Positions 51,164-61,598 of a DNA stretch of 64,000 nucleotides are shown piece after piece. Source of the stretch: Rhabdothermincola salaria (lineage in GTDB: Bacteria; Actinomycetota; Acidimicrobiia; Acidimicrobiales; Acidimicrobilacustridaceae); contig NZ_JAJQXW010000005.1 of NCBI RefSeq assembly GCF_021246445.1, positions 62,001 through 126,000 of the forward strand, in the 5' to 3' direction. The position numbers and the translations under genes are program-made. Each line of letters opens with the position of its first letter. The stretch's first letter is position 1. The notes beneath the pieces were generated by a model. The model was not told the origin of the DNA. It ran no database searches and worked only from the letters and a program-made list of their open reading frames with translations.

Positions 51164-52156
51164 GTGAAGCGCTCGTCACCCGCTCCCGGTCGGCCGACCC
51201 TGCGATCCCAGCGCGGCGAGCTCCTCTCTCGGGGCGCCACGAACGCCGGCGACCAGCTCTTCCGGATCGTGGCGCTGGGGGCCGGGCTCACGGTCCTCGC
51301 CATCCTCGTGCTGATCGCGGTCTCGACCACCCGGGAGGCCTGGCCGGCGTTCTCCGCCGAGGGTCTCGGGTTCGTGACCCGGGACGACTGGGTGCCGGCC
51401 GAGGGGCGCTACGGCGCGCTGGCCTTCGTCTACGGGACCCTGCTGGTGTCGTTCCTCGCGTTGGTGATGGCCGTCCCGGTGAGCGTCGGCATCGCCCTGT
51501 ACGCCAACGAGGCCGCCCCTCGGCGGTTCCGACGCCCGGTCGTCTACCTGCTGGACCTCCTCGCCGCCGTACCCTCGGTGGTCTACGGGCTGTGGGGCGT
51601 GCTGGTGCTGGCCCCTGCTCTGCAACCCGTCTTCGCGTCGATCGCCGACGCGGTGGACGGCTGGCCCGTCCTCGGGGCCGTGTTCGGCCCGGGCTCGAGC
51701 GGACGCTCGTTCCTCACCGCCGGGATCATCCTCGCCATCATGATCACGCCGATCATCACCTCGCTGTCGCGCGAGGTGATCGCCACCGTCCCCGCCTCCC
51801 AGCGCGAGGCCGCCTACGGCATGGGCGCCACCCGTTGGGAGATGATCCGCTCCGCCGTGCTGCCCTGGAGCCAGGGGGGCATCGTGGGGGCGGTGATGCT
51901 GGGGCTCGGGCGGGCCATGGGCGAGACCATCGCCGTCGCCCTGGTGATCGGCTCGACGCCGCAGATCACCGCCGACCTCTTCGCCCCGGGCGATGCCATG
52001 GCGGCCGTCATCGCCAACCAGTTCGGCGAAGCCGCCGGCTTGCAGCGGTCGGCGCTGATCGGCTTGGGGGTCGTCCTCTTCGCCATCACCATCGTGGTCA
52101 ACGTCGGAGCCCGCGTCGTCGTCGGTCGAATGGACCGAAAGCTCGGAGGAGCCTGA
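51164..52156 (+). CDS. pstC: phosphate ABC transporter permease (system 1)
   Basis: LLAAVPSVVYGLWG, REAAYGMGATRWE, GRAMGET. Confidence 0.93.
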   Translation: MKRSSPAPGRPTLRSQRGELLSRGATNAGDQLFRIVALGAGLTVLAILVLIAVSTTREAWPAFSAEGLGFVTRDDWVPAEGRYGALAFVYGTLLVSFLALVMAVPVSVGIALYANEAAPRRFRRPVVYLLDLLAAVPSVVYGLWGVLVLAPALQPVFASIADAVDGWPVLGAVFGPGSSGRSFLTAGIILAIMITPIITSLSREVIATVPASQREAAYGMGATRWEMIRSAVLPWSQGGIVGAVMLGLGRAMGETIAVALVIGSTPQITADLFAPGDAMAAVIANQFGEAAGLQRSALIGLGVVLFAITIVVNVGARVVVGRMDRKLGGA

Positions 52157-52157
52157 C

Positions 52158-53051
52158 ATGGCCGGCCACGAACCCGACGCGACGGACCTCCTCCGCTCGA
52201 CCACCAGCACCAGCCGCCGCGTCCGCGATCGCGTCGCCACCGTCTGGATGGTCGGGTCGCTGCTGGTGGCGGTGGTGCCCCTCGCTCTGGTGGTGGGCTA
52301 CGTGACGACGAAGGGCATCGGGCTGATCGAGCCCGGGTGGTTCACCGAGCGGATCAGCGTGCGCAGTCGCATCGCCGGCGGGGGCATGGCTCCCGCGATC
52401 GTGGGCACCCTGGTCATCACCGGCCTGGCCAGCCTCATGGCGGTGCCGCTCGGCATCCTCGGGGCCATCCACCTCAACGAGTACGGAGGGACGGGACGCA
52501 CCGCCCGACTCATCCGTTTCGTGTCCGACGTCATGACGGGCGTGCCGTCGGTGGTGATGGGCTTGTTCGTCTTCACCGTCTGGACGGTGAACTTCGGGTT
52601 GTCCGCCTTCGGCGGGGCGCTCGCCCTGGCGTGCCTGATGTTGCCCATCGTGATCCGCTCGAGCGAGGAGATGCTGCGCCTCGTCCCCGACGAGCTCCGC
52701 CACGCCAGCTACGCCCTCGGGGATCGCAAGTGGCACACCATCCTCAAGGTCGTGTTGCCGTCCGCCGCCGGAGGGCTCACGTCGGGGGCGATGCTGGCGG
52801 TCGCTCGGGCCGCAGGTGAGACCGCCCCGTTGCTGTTCACCATCGGCGTGGCCCGGGTGGTGAACCCGAACATCCTCGACGGCCCCACCACGGCGCTGTC
52901 CGTGCAGATCTTCGACAACGCCCAGAACCCCTTCCTGGCGGCTCAGGACCGGGCCTGGGCGGCCGCCTTCACGCTCGTCGTCATCGTGTTCCTGCTCACC
53001 CTCGGCGCCCGGGCGGTCTCCGCCCGCATCGGGCGTGGACGAGGGGCGTGA
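52158..53051 (+). CDS. pstA: phosphate ABC transporter permease (system 1)
   Basis: GVPSVVMGLF, ARAAGETAPLLF, RAWAAA. Confidence 0.93.
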   Translation: MAGHEPDATDLLRSTTSTSRRVRDRVATVWMVGSLLVAVVPLALVVGYVTTKGIGLIEPGWFTERISVRSRIAGGGMAPAIVGTLVITGLASLMAVPLGILGAIHLNEYGGTGRTARLIRFVSDVMTGVPSVVMGLFVFTVWTVNFGLSAFGGALALACLMLPIVIRSSEEMLRLVPDELRHASYALGDRKWHTILKVVLPSAAGGLTSGAMLAVARAAGETAPLLFTIGVARVVNPNILDGPTTALSVQIFDNAQNPFLAAQDRAWAAAFTLVVIVFLLTLGARAVSARIGRGRGA

Positions 53052-53096
53052 CCATGTTCGCCCTCTCCGTGCTCCCATCTCCCGTGAGGCCTCTCG

Positions 53097-53957
53097 ATGC
53101 CCAGTGATCCTCAGCCCACGCTCCTCGCCGCCGCGGACGACCGCCGCACGGTGACGTCGGGAGCCGACGCCCCCATCGGCCGCACCGTCTTCGACGTGCG
53201 CGACCTGCACGTCTACTACGGGGGGTTCCGGGCCGTCCGAGACGTGGACCTGAAGGTCCACGAGCACGAGATCACCGCTTTCATCGGCCCGTCGGGCTGC
53301 GGGAAGTCGACCGTGCTGCGCTGCTTCGACCGGATGAACGACCTCATCGAATCCGCCCGGGTGGAGGGCCAGATCCTCTACCACGGACTGGATCTCTACG
53401 ATCCGCGCATCGACCCGGTCGAGGTGCGCAAGCGCATCGGGATGGTCTTCCAGAAGCCGAACCCGTTCCCGAAGTCGATCTTCGACAACGTGGCCTACGG
53501 CCCCCGGCTCAACGGGATCCGCAAGGGGCTCGACGAGATCGTCGAGAAGGCCCTGCGCTCCGCGGCGCTGTGGGACGAGGTCAAGGACCGTCTCGGCCAC
53601 TCGGCCCTGGGGCTCTCGGGTGGGCAACAGCAGCGCCTGTGCATCGCCCGGGCCATCGCCGTGGAGCCCGAGGTCGTGCTCATGGACGAGCCCTGCTCGG
53701 CGCTCGACCCCATCGCCACGGCTCGGATCGAGGACCTCATGGCCGAGATCCAGTCCGAGTACACGATCATCATCGTCACCCACAACATGCAGCAGGCGGC
53801 CCGGGTGAGCGACCGCACGGCGTTCTTCACCACCGAGGTGAACCCCGACGGCGATCAGCGCACCGGACTGCTGGTGGAGTACGACCGCACCGACCAGATG
53901 TTCTCGGCCCCGGCCGACGAGCGCACCGAGAACTACATCACCGGCCGCTTCGGCTGA
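53097..53957 (+). CDS. pstB: phosphate ABC transporter ATPase (system 1)
   Basis: [39 protein letters not shown]. Confidence 0.95.
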   Translation: MPSDPQPTLLAAADDRRTVTSGADAPIGRTVFDVRDLHVYYGGFRAVRDVDLKVHEHEITAFIGPSGCGKSTVLRCFDRMNDLIESARVEGQILYHGLDLYDPRIDPVEVRKRIGMVFQKPNPFPKSIFDNVAYGPRLNGIRKGLDEIVEKALRSAALWDEVKDRLGHSALGLSGGQQQRLCIARAIAVEPEVVLMDEPCSALDPIATARIEDLMAEIQSEYTIIIVTHNMQQAARVSDRTAFFTTEVNPDGDQRTGLLVEYDRTDQMFSAPADERTENYITGRFG

Positions 53958-54061
53958 TCCCGGCAGCGGGGCCGGCGTCCGACCGCAGCCCGGGGTCGGG
54001 CCGGCACGACGGGTGGCTTCGCCCCGTGGATGGTGACCGCCGTCGCAGGCGCGCCCCAACT

Positions 54062-54128
54062 GTTCACCTCGGCGCAACGTGGTCGTTCACCTCGGCGACA
54101 CTGCTCCGACAGGCGGGCTTCTTATGGT
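54062..54128 (+). promoter_or_regulatory. PHO box-like repeats and -10 upstream of pstS2
   Basis: GTTCACCTCGGCG at 54062 and 54085; TATGGT at 54123. Confidence 0.7.
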
Positions 54129-54184
54129 GCCGGCTGCACGCTCACGAATGACGTGCGTCCCCGAGCTCCACAGGAGAACCCACC

Positions 54185-55186
54185 TTGCGTACCCCCACCC
54201 GGCGACGTGCCGCATTCGTTGCGACGCTCACCGCTCTCGCCCTGACCGCTGCCGCCTGCGGCGACGACGACAACGGTTCCAGCTCCGACACGACCGAAGC
54301 CTCCGAGAACGGCGGCGGCGGCGGTTCGGTCTCCGGCCAGGTCAACCTCGACGGTTCCAGCACGGTCGGGCCCCTCGCCGAGGTGGCCGCCGAGCTGTTC
54401 ATGGACGAGAACCCCGACGTCCGCGTGACGGTCGCCATCTCCGGCACCGGCGGCGGCTTCGAGAAGTTCTGCATCGGTGAGACGGACGGCAACAACGCCT
54501 CGCGTGAGATCAAGGACGAGGAGATCGCCCAGTGTGACGAGAACGGCATCGCCTACGACAACATCACCGTCGCCAACGACGCCCTCTCCGTCGTCGTCAA
54601 CCAGGACAACCCCATCGACTGCCTCACCGTTGACCAGATCAGCCAGATCTGGGACGAGGGTTCCACCGTGTCCACCTGGGGCGACGTCGAGGGCATCGAC
54701 GCCGGCGACTTCGCCAGCACGAGCATGACCCTCTACGGTCCGGGCAGCGACTCCGGCACCTTCGACTTCTTCACCGACGAGATCAACGGCGAAGAGGGCA
54801 AGATCCGCACCGACTACACCGACATCGGTGAGGACGACGCCGCCGCCGTGGTGGGCGTGTCCGGTGAGGCCGGGGCCATGGGCTATATCCCCTACTCCTA
54901 CTTCCAGGAGGCCCAGGACGAGGTCAAGGCCCTGCAGATCGACGACGGCAACGGCTGCGTCGACGGCACCCTCGAGAACGTCCAGGCCGGCGAGTACACC
55001 CCCCTCGGGCGCCCGCTGTTCATCTACGCCAGCGATACCGCCCTCGCCCGTCCCGAGGTGGTGGCCTTCATGGAGTTCACCATCGAGAACGCCGAGGAGA
55101 TCGCCGAGATCGGCGGCTACGTGCCCCTCACCGACGAGCAGAAGGAAGAGCAGCTGGCCAAGGTTCAGGCCCTCGCCGGTTCCTGA
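54185..55186 (+). CDS. pstS: phosphate ABC transporter substrate-binding lipoprotein (system 2)
   Basis: AGGAG RBS and TTG start, lipobox AAAC, DGSSTV, GTGGGF, NASR, SGTFDFF, RPLFIY. Confidence 0.9.
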   Translation: MRTPTRRRAAFVATLTALALTAAACGDDDNGSSSDTTEASENGGGGGSVSGQVNLDGSSTVGPLAEVAAELFMDENPDVRVTVAISGTGGGFEKFCIGETDGNNASREIKDEEIAQCDENGIAYDNITVANDALSVVVNQDNPIDCLTVDQISQIWDEGSTVSTWGDVEGIDAGDFASTSMTLYGPGSDSGTFDFFTDEINGEEGKIRTDYTDIGEDDAAAVVGVSGEAGAMGYIPYSYFQEAQDEVKALQIDDGNGCVDGTLENVQAGEYTPLGRPLFIYASDTALARPEVVAFMEFTIENAEEIAEIGGYVPLTDEQKEEQLAKVQALAGS

Positions 55187-55228
55187 GCCACTCGTGACCA
55201 GTAGGGAATCGACAAGAGAGGAATCTCC

Positions 55229-56185
55229 GTGACCTCGGTCGACATGGTGGTCTCCGGCGTCGGCGCTCCTCAGCGCCGCACGCTGGAGGCCACCAGCCCT
55301 CGCTACGGCGAGAAGATCATCAAGCTGTTGCTCCTCGCCTGCGCGGCGCTGTCGGTGGCCGTGACCACCGCCATCGTCATCTCGCTGCTCCTGCCGGCGA
55401 TCAGCTTCTTCCAGGAAGTGCCGGTCATGGAATTCCTGACCGGCACCCAGTGGGCGCCGTCGTTCGCCACCCCCAGCTTCGGTGTGCTCCCGATCGTGGT
55501 GGGCACCCTCATGGTGGTGGTGATCGCGTTGTCGGTCGCCATCCCCATCGGCCTGGCCTCGGCGATCTACATGTCCGAGTACGCCCCGCACCGGGTGCGC
55601 AAGATCCTGAAGCCGGTGCTCGAGGTGCTCGAGGGCATCCCCACGGTGGCCACCGGCCTGTTCGCCTTCTGGTTCTTGCGGCCCCTGGCCGAGGACCTCC
55701 TGCCCTTCCTCCCCTGGCAGGGCCCCTTCTCCATCGGCGTGGCCGGCTTCGCGGTGGGCCTGCTCATCGTCCCGCTGGTGGCGTCGGTCTCCGACGACGC
55801 CATGCGGTCCGTGCCCCAGGGCCTGCGCCAGGGCGCCTACGCCCTGGGCGCCAGCAAGCTGAAGGTGTCGCTGCGGGTGGTGCTCCCCGCCGCCATCTCC
55901 GGGATCATCGCCGCCTTCGTCCTGGGTGCCTCTCGGGCCATCGGCGAGACCATGGTCGTGCTCATCGCCGCCGGTGCCGGCAATCCCAACCTCAGCTTCG
56001 ACCCCACCCAGGGCATCCAGACCATGACCGCCTTCATCGGCGGTCGGGCCACCGGCGACATCGCCACCGGCACCCTCGACTACGACACCATCTTCGCCGT
56101 GGGCCTCCTGCTGTTCCTCTTCACCCTGGGCATGAACATGCTCGCCATCCGCATGGTCCACCGCTTCCGGGAGGTCTACGAATAG
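55229..56185 (+). CDS. pstC: phosphate ABC transporter permease (system 2)
   Basis: FLTGTQW, LEGIPTV, SRAIGETM. Confidence 0.92.
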   Translation: MTSVDMVVSGVGAPQRRTLEATSPRYGEKIIKLLLLACAALSVAVTTAIVISLLLPAISFFQEVPVMEFLTGTQWAPSFATPSFGVLPIVVGTLMVVVIALSVAIPIGLASAIYMSEYAPHRVRKILKPVLEVLEGIPTVATGLFAFWFLRPLAEDLLPFLPWQGPFSIGVAGFAVGLLIVPLVASVSDDAMRSVPQGLRQGAYALGASKLKVSLRVVLPAAISGIIAAFVLGASRAIGETMVVLIAAGAGNPNLSFDPTQGIQTMTAFIGGRATGDIATGTLDYDTIFAVGLLLFLFTLGMNMLAIRMVHRFREVYE

Positions 56186-57136
56186 ATGTCCGAGCTGACC
56201 AAGGACCCACCGGCCGCTCGAGGAGGTGCCCGTCTCGCCGTGAGCGGTGCCCGGGCGGCTACCCATGACGTGTTCGGCCAGCGGTCGAAGTTCGACCGGT
56301 ACTCCAACGTGGTCTTCCTGGCGCTCATGCTGCTGGGCATCTCCGTGGCCATCGCCTCGATCGCGGGGATCCTCATCTGGGCCCTCATCGAGGGCTGGCC
56401 CCGCCTCGACACGGCCCTGATCACTGAGGGGCCGTCGACGGTGAGGCCGGAGACGGCGGGCTACCGCACCGCCATCATGGGCACGCTCTACGTGATCGGC
56501 GGGGTGCTCCTGCTCATCGTGCCCCTCGGGGTGGGCGCGGCCCTCTACCTCGAGGAGTACGCCGACAAGACCCGCTGGTACAACCGGCTCATCGAGCTCA
56601 ACATCCAGAACCTGGCGGGCGTGCCCTCGATCGTCTTCGGCATCCTGGGCCTGGCCTTCATCGTGCGGGGTCCCCTCTCGCTCGGCTTCGTGGCCGCGGC
56701 CGGCTCCATGACCCTGGCCCTGCTGGTGCTCCCCACCGTGATCCTCGCCTCCCGCGAGGCCATCCGAGCGGTGCCCCCCTCCATCAAGGAGGGCTCCCTG
56801 GCGCTGGGGGCCACCCAGTGGCAGACGATCCGCCGCCAGCTCCTCCCCGCGGCCATCCCCGGCATCCTCACCGGGGTGATCCTGGCCATCGCCCGGGCCA
56901 TCGGCGAGGCCGCGCCGCTGCTGCTGGTGGGAGCGGTCACCTTCGTGACCTTCAACCCCAAGCTCTTCGAGGACGGCTACTCGGCCCTGCCCGTCCTCAT
57001 CTACAGCTACGCCGGACGACCCCAGGACGAGTTCCGGGTGCTGGCCGCCGCCGGCGTCATCGTGATGCTCGTCCTGCTGCTGCTCGTCAACTCGGTGGCC
57101 GTGTGGCTCCGCAATCACTACGAACAGGAATGGTAG
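56186..57136 (+). CDS. pstA: phosphate ABC transporter permease (system 2)
   Basis: [27 protein letters not shown]. Confidence 0.92.
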   Translation: MSELTKDPPAARGGARLAVSGARAATHDVFGQRSKFDRYSNVVFLALMLLGISVAIASIAGILIWALIEGWPRLDTALITEGPSTVRPETAGYRTAIMGTLYVIGGVLLLIVPLGVGAALYLEEYADKTRWYNRLIELNIQNLAGVPSIVFGILGLAFIVRGPLSLGFVAAAGSMTLALLVLPTVILASREAIRAVPPSIKEGSLALGATQWQTIRRQLLPAAIPGILTGVILAIARAIGEAAPLLLVGAVTFVTFNPKLFEDGYSALPVLIYSYAGRPQDEFRVLAAAGVIVMLVLLLLVNSVAVWLRNHYEQEW

Positions 57137-57146
57137 GCGGCTGAAC

Positions 57147-58049
57147 ATGTCCGAGAACCTCGAACTGACCAAAGAGGTCCCCCCCGTGACCGACCCCACC
57201 ACCCGGCGCGAGGCCGGCCTGCCGATCGACGGCGCCGAGCCCCACCACGCCCCCGCCGACGACGCCCTCCGCGAGCACGTCTTCGAGCTCGACGAGGTGT
57301 CCGTCCACTACGGCGACGTGCTGGCGGTCGACCGGGTCTCGATGGAGATCGCCGAGAAGGAGATCACCGCGCTCATCGGCCCCTCGGGGTGTGGCAAGAG
57401 CACCCTGCTGCGCTGCCTCAACCGCATGAACGACCTCATCCCCGCGGCCCGGGTCAGCGGCTCGCTGCGCTACCACGGGGCCGACGTCTACGGCCCGACC
57501 GTGGACCCGGTCCAGGTCCGCAAGGTCATCGGGATGGTGTTCCAGAAGCCCAACCCGTTCCCGAAGTCGATCTACGACAACGTGGCGTTCGGGCCCCGCA
57601 CCACGGGGATGAAGGGCAACATGGACGACATCGTCGAGGAGGCCCTGCGGGGCGCCGCCCTGTGGGAAGAGGTGAAGGACCGCCTCAAGGACAACGCCTA
57701 CGGCATGTCGGGCGGGCAGCAGCAGCGCCTGTGCATCGCCCGGGCCATCGCCGTGCAGCCCGACGTCATCTTGATGGACGAGCCCTGCTCGGCCCTCGAC
57801 CCGGTGTCCACCGCCCGCATCGAGGACCTGATGATGGAGATCAAGAACACCTACACGATCGTCATCGTCACCCACAACATGCAGCAGGCCGCCCGTGTCG
57901 CCGACCGTACCGCCTTCTTCACCGTGCTGGCCGACGACGAGACCAGCAGCCGCACCGGTGTGCTGGTGGAGTACGACACCACCGACACCATCTTCGCCAA
58001 CCCGTCCGACGAGCGGACCGAGCGATACGTCACGGGTCGGTTTGGCTGA
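57147..58049 (+). CDS. pstB: phosphate ABC transporter ATPase (system 2)
   Basis: [34 protein letters not shown]. Confidence 0.95.
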   Translation: MSENLELTKEVPPVTDPTTRREAGLPIDGAEPHHAPADDALREHVFELDEVSVHYGDVLAVDRVSMEIAEKEITALIGPSGCGKSTLLRCLNRMNDLIPAARVSGSLRYHGADVYGPTVDPVQVRKVIGMVFQKPNPFPKSIYDNVAFGPRTTGMKGNMDDIVEEALRGAALWEEVKDRLKDNAYGMSGGQQQRLCIARAIAVQPDVILMDEPCSALDPVSTARIEDLMMEIKNTYTIVIVTHNMQQAARVADRTAFFTVLADDETSSRTGVLVEYDTTDTIFANPSDERTERYVTGRFG

Positions 58050-58716
58050 GGAAGTCCCCCTCCGGCTCCACTACTCGGCCGAGCTCGAGCAGCTCTCGCT
58101 GCAGGCCGAGATGATGGGGGTGCTCGTCGACGAGAACCTCGAGCGCATGCGCGACGTGCTGCGCACGGGCGACCTCGTGCTGGCCGAGCGGGCGATCAGC
58201 GCCGACGACACCATCGACGACATGAACGTGTCGCTGACCGAGCGCTGCTACGAGCTGCTGCGCCGAGAGGCCCCCGTCGCCGGCGACCTGCGCCTCATCG
58301 TCTCGGTGCTGCGGGTCACCTCGGAGTTCGAACGGATCGGCGACCTCTCGCTACGGGTCTGCAAGCTGGCGCCCGAGCACCGCTTGCTGACGCTTGCGCC
58401 GCGATCGTTCGACATCTTGTTGACGATGGCCGACGACGCCCTCCATCGCTTCCGGGAGGCCTTGCGGGCATGGTCGGCCATGGACGAGGCGCTCGCCGAG
58501 CAGGTGGCCAACGAAGTCCGCGTCAACTTCTCCACCCAGCAGCTGGTGGAGTCCATGCTCTCCTACGACGGTCCCGAGGCGGTGCCCGCGGCACTGAATA
58601 CGCTGGTGGCGGGACAGGCACTCGACCGGATCACCGATCATGCTGCCATCCTGGGGGCGAGGGTTCGCTACCTCATCACCGGCGATCCGACCCACCTCGC
58701 CGCCGAAGTTCGTTGA
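58042..58716 (+). CDS. phoU: PhoU family protein (divergent; TTG start inferred)
   Basis: [26 protein letters not shown]. Confidence 0.8.
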   Translation: MAEEVPLRLHYSAELEQLSLQAEMMGVLVDENLERMRDVLRTGDLVLAERAISADDTIDDMNVSLTERCYELLRREAPVAGDLRLIVSVLRVTSEFERIGDLSLRVCKLAPEHRLLTLAPRSFDILLTMADDALHRFREALRAWSAMDEALAEQVANEVRVNFSTQQLVESMLSYDGPEAVPAALNTLVAGQALDRITDHAAILGARVRYLITGDPTHLAAEVR

Positions 58717-58760
58717 GCAGAGACCACGGGCCATCCGAGGGCACCGGGACAGGACACGAG

Positions 58761-59519
58761 ATGCCAGAGGCGCGCAAGCCCTTCCACCAGGAGCTGGACG
58801 AGATCCGCGACGACATCGTGCGGTTGGCGGCGATGCTCGGCGAGTTCATCCCCCGGGGCACGCAGGCGCTGCTGACCAACGACATGGGCGGGGCGCAGGC
58901 GCTGATCGAGGCGGACGACGAGGTCGACGCCCTCACCCTGCACATCGAGGAGCAGTGCTACCACGTGCTCGCCCTGCAACAGCCGATGGCCAGCGACCTG
59001 CGCTGCATCGTGACGGCCATGTGGCTGACCGCCGAGATCGAACGGTCGGCCGACCTCATGATCAACGTGGCCAAGGGCGCCCGGCGCATCTACGGCGCCG
59101 GCCTCGACGCCCGGGTCAGGGGCCTCATCGAGCGCATGGCCGAAGAAGCCGCCCGCCTCTACAAGCTGGCCATCGACGCCTACGTGGAGCGCAACGCCGG
59201 TCTGGCCGCTGCACTCGACGACATCGACGACTCGCTCGACGACCTGCACAACGACTACATCCAGGCCATCTTCGAATCCCACGCCGGCCAGACGGTGGAC
59301 CTCCAACAGGCCGTGCAGCTGGCCCTCATCGGTCGCTACTACGAGCGCATCGGCGACCATGCCGTCAACATCGGCGAGCGGGTGCAGTACATGGTCACCG
59401 GTTGGCTCCCCGAGCACAGCGGGGCCGCTCGGCTCCAAGCCCGCTCGGAGATGGCCGGCGAGGGGATCAGCGGACGGGTCGGCTCCGACCTCGAGTCCGG
59501 GGCCGGTACCACGGCGTGA
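58761..59519 (+). CDS. phoU: phosphate signalling protein PhoU
   Basis: RKPFHQEL, DDEVD, QQPMASDLR, DDSLDDL, RYYERIGDHAVNI. Confidence 0.93.
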   Translation: MPEARKPFHQELDEIRDDIVRLAAMLGEFIPRGTQALLTNDMGGAQALIEADDEVDALTLHIEEQCYHVLALQQPMASDLRCIVTAMWLTAEIERSADLMINVAKGARRIYGAGLDARVRGLIERMAEEAARLYKLAIDAYVERNAGLAAALDDIDDSLDDLHNDYIQAIFESHAGQTVDLQQAVQLALIGRYYERIGDHAVNIGERVQYMVTGWLPEHSGAARLQARSEMAGEGISGRVGSDLESGAGTTA

Positions 59520-60820
59520 ACGGGGGGCCGGTGGCCTTCGGCCTCACCGGTGTCGAGCTGATCGGCGGGCTCGCCGTCGCCCTCGCGACCCTCGCGCTCG
59601 GCGTGGCCGTGGGCATCTACGCCGACCGTCGTCGGTCCGTCCGGGCCGCCTCCGAGGCGCTCGAGCGGGCGGGCGTCGACGTGCCCCACGAACCGATCGG
59701 CCTCCCCGGGGTCTTCGCCCTCGTCGAACGGGCACTGGTCGATCGCACGAGAGCGCTGGCCGACGCCGACGGCACAGGTGCGTTGCTGCGCGCCGCGCTC
59801 GAGGGGCTCCCCCAGGGCGTCGTCGTCGTCGACGGTCGCGGCGAGGTCGTCGAGCGCAACTCCGCCGCCGCCGCCTTCGTGGCCGCCCGCCACGCCGACG
59901 CGTTGGTCGAGGCGGCCGTGGCGGAACTGGTGGACGAGGCGCTCGAGGGACGGGCCGACCAACGGGTCCTCGAGCTCTACGGCCCCCCATGGCGCGTCGT
60001 GGTCGTCGACGTCGCTCCCATCTCGGCCGACGACGGCAACGCCGTGGTCGTCATCATCGACGACGTCACCGAACGGCGCCGCCTCGAAGCGGTGCGCAAG
60101 GACTTCGTGGCCAACATCAGCCACGAGCTCAAGACGCCGGTCGGGGCCATCGGCTTGTTGGCCGAGACCCTGCTCGGCGAGGACGACCCCGAGGTCGTGG
60201 CCCGTCTCGCCGGTCGCATCCAGACCGAGGCCCTGCGGGTGGGCCACACGATCGAGGACCTCCTCGAGCTCTCGCGCATCGAGACCACCGGCATGGCCCC
60301 GGGGGCGACGTTCGCCGTGCACGACGTGGTGGCCGAAGCGGTCCGGCGCATCCAGCCGGCCGCCGAGCAGGCCGGGATCGTGCTCGACCAGAGCGGCGTC
60401 GACGTGGGCGTCGAGCTCAGCGGCGATCGGCGCCAGCTCACCTCGGCCGTCTCCAACCTGCTCGACAACGCCGTGAAGTACTCCGACGCCGGCTCCACCG
60501 TCGAGGTCGCCGCCCGCCTGGGCGACGACGGCCGCCTCGCCCTGTCGGTCGCCGACCGCGGCATCGGCATCCCGGCGCGCGACCTCGAGCGGATCTTCGA
60601 GCGCTTCTACCGGGTCGACCAGGGCCGCAGCCGCGACACCGGTGGCACCGGCCTCGGCCTGGCCATCGTGCGCCACGTGGCCGCCAACCACGACGGCACC
60701 GTCGAGGTCGAGTCCCGCCTCGGCGTCGGGTCCACGTTCTCGCTGCACCTCCCGGCCCACCTGGTCCCCGATCCCACCCCCACCTCCACCACCACCCCTG
60801 CACAGGAGCTCGCCCGATGA
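59516..60820 (+). CDS. sensor histidine kinase, PhoR/SenX3-like
   Basis: DFVANISHELKTP, NLLDNAVKYS, D.GIGIP, FERFYRVD, GGTGLGL. Confidence 0.92.
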   Translation: MNGGPVAFGLTGVELIGGLAVALATLALGVAVGIYADRRRSVRAASEALERAGVDVPHEPIGLPGVFALVERALVDRTRALADADGTGALLRAALEGLPQGVVVVDGRGEVVERNSAAAAFVAARHADALVEAAVAELVDEALEGRADQRVLELYGPPWRVVVVDVAPISADDGNAVVVIIDDVTERRRLEAVRKDFVANISHELKTPVGAIGLLAETLLGEDDPEVVARLAGRIQTEALRVGHTIEDLLELSRIETTGMAPGATFAVHDVVAEAVRRIQPAAEQAGIVLDQSGVDVGVELSGDRRQLTSAVSNLLDNAVKYSDAGSTVEVAARLGDDGRLALSVADRGIGIPARDLERIFERFYRVDQGRSRDTGGTGLGLAIVRHVAANHDGTVEVESRLGVGSTFSLHLPAHLVPDPTPTSTTTPAQELAR

Positions 60821-61536
60821 CCACCCTGACCTCGGTCCTCGTCGTCGAGGACGAGGATTCGTTCATCGACGCCCTCACGGTCGGACTGGCCCGCGAGGGC
60901 TTCAAGGTCTCGGTGGCCCGAGACGGCGCCGAGGCGCTCGACATGTTCGACGACGTGAAGCCCGACCTGGTGCTGCTCGACGTCATGTTGCCCAAGGTCT
61001 CGGGCCTCGACGTGTGCCGTGAGCTGCGCGGCCGGTCGTCGGTGCCCATCATCATGGTGACGGCCAAGGGGGCCGAGATCGACACCGTGGTGGGCCTCGA
61101 GGTGGGCGCCGACGACTACGTCACCAAGCCCTACCGCCTGCGCGAGCTGGTGGCGCGCATGCGGGCCGTGCTGCGGCGCCTCCCGAGCGATGGGGGCGCC
61201 CCGGACCTGTCCGCCCTGACCGTGGACGAGGTGCTCGCGGTCGGCGACGTCAGCCTCGACCACCAGCGCCACGAGGTCACGGTGCGCGGCGAGGAGGTGC
61301 GCCTGCCCCTCAAGGAGTTCGAGCTGCTCGCTCTGCTGCTCGAGAACGCCGGCCGGGTCCTCACCCGCGACACGCTCATCGACCGGGTGTGGGGGGCCGA
61401 CTACGTGGGCGACACCAAGACCCTCGACGTCCACGTCAAGCGCCTGCGGGCCAAGGTCGAGCCGGACCCGGCCAACCCGGTCCACATCGTCACCATCCGG
61501 GGCCTGGGCTACAAGTACGAGGTCCCTCGCTCCTGA
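60817..61536 (+). CDS. response regulator, PhoP/RegX3-like
   Basis: VVEDE, LLDVMLP, GADDY, LKEFELL, DRVWGADYVGDTKTLDVHVKRLR. Confidence 0.93.
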   Translation: MTTLTSVLVVEDEDSFIDALTVGLAREGFKVSVARDGAEALDMFDDVKPDLVLLDVMLPKVSGLDVCRELRGRSSVPIIMVTAKGAEIDTVVGLEVGADDYVTKPYRLRELVARMRAVLRRLPSDGGAPDLSALTVDEVLAVGDVSLDHQRHEVTVRGEEVRLPLKEFELLALLLENAGRVLTRDTLIDRVWGADYVGDTKTLDVHVKRLRAKVEPDPANPVHIVTIRGLGYKYEVPRS

Positions 61537-61598
61537 CGAGGACCCGCCGCCCCTGGGCGCCTCGCAGCGAGACCGCGCCGTCGCGCGGCACTCCTAGC

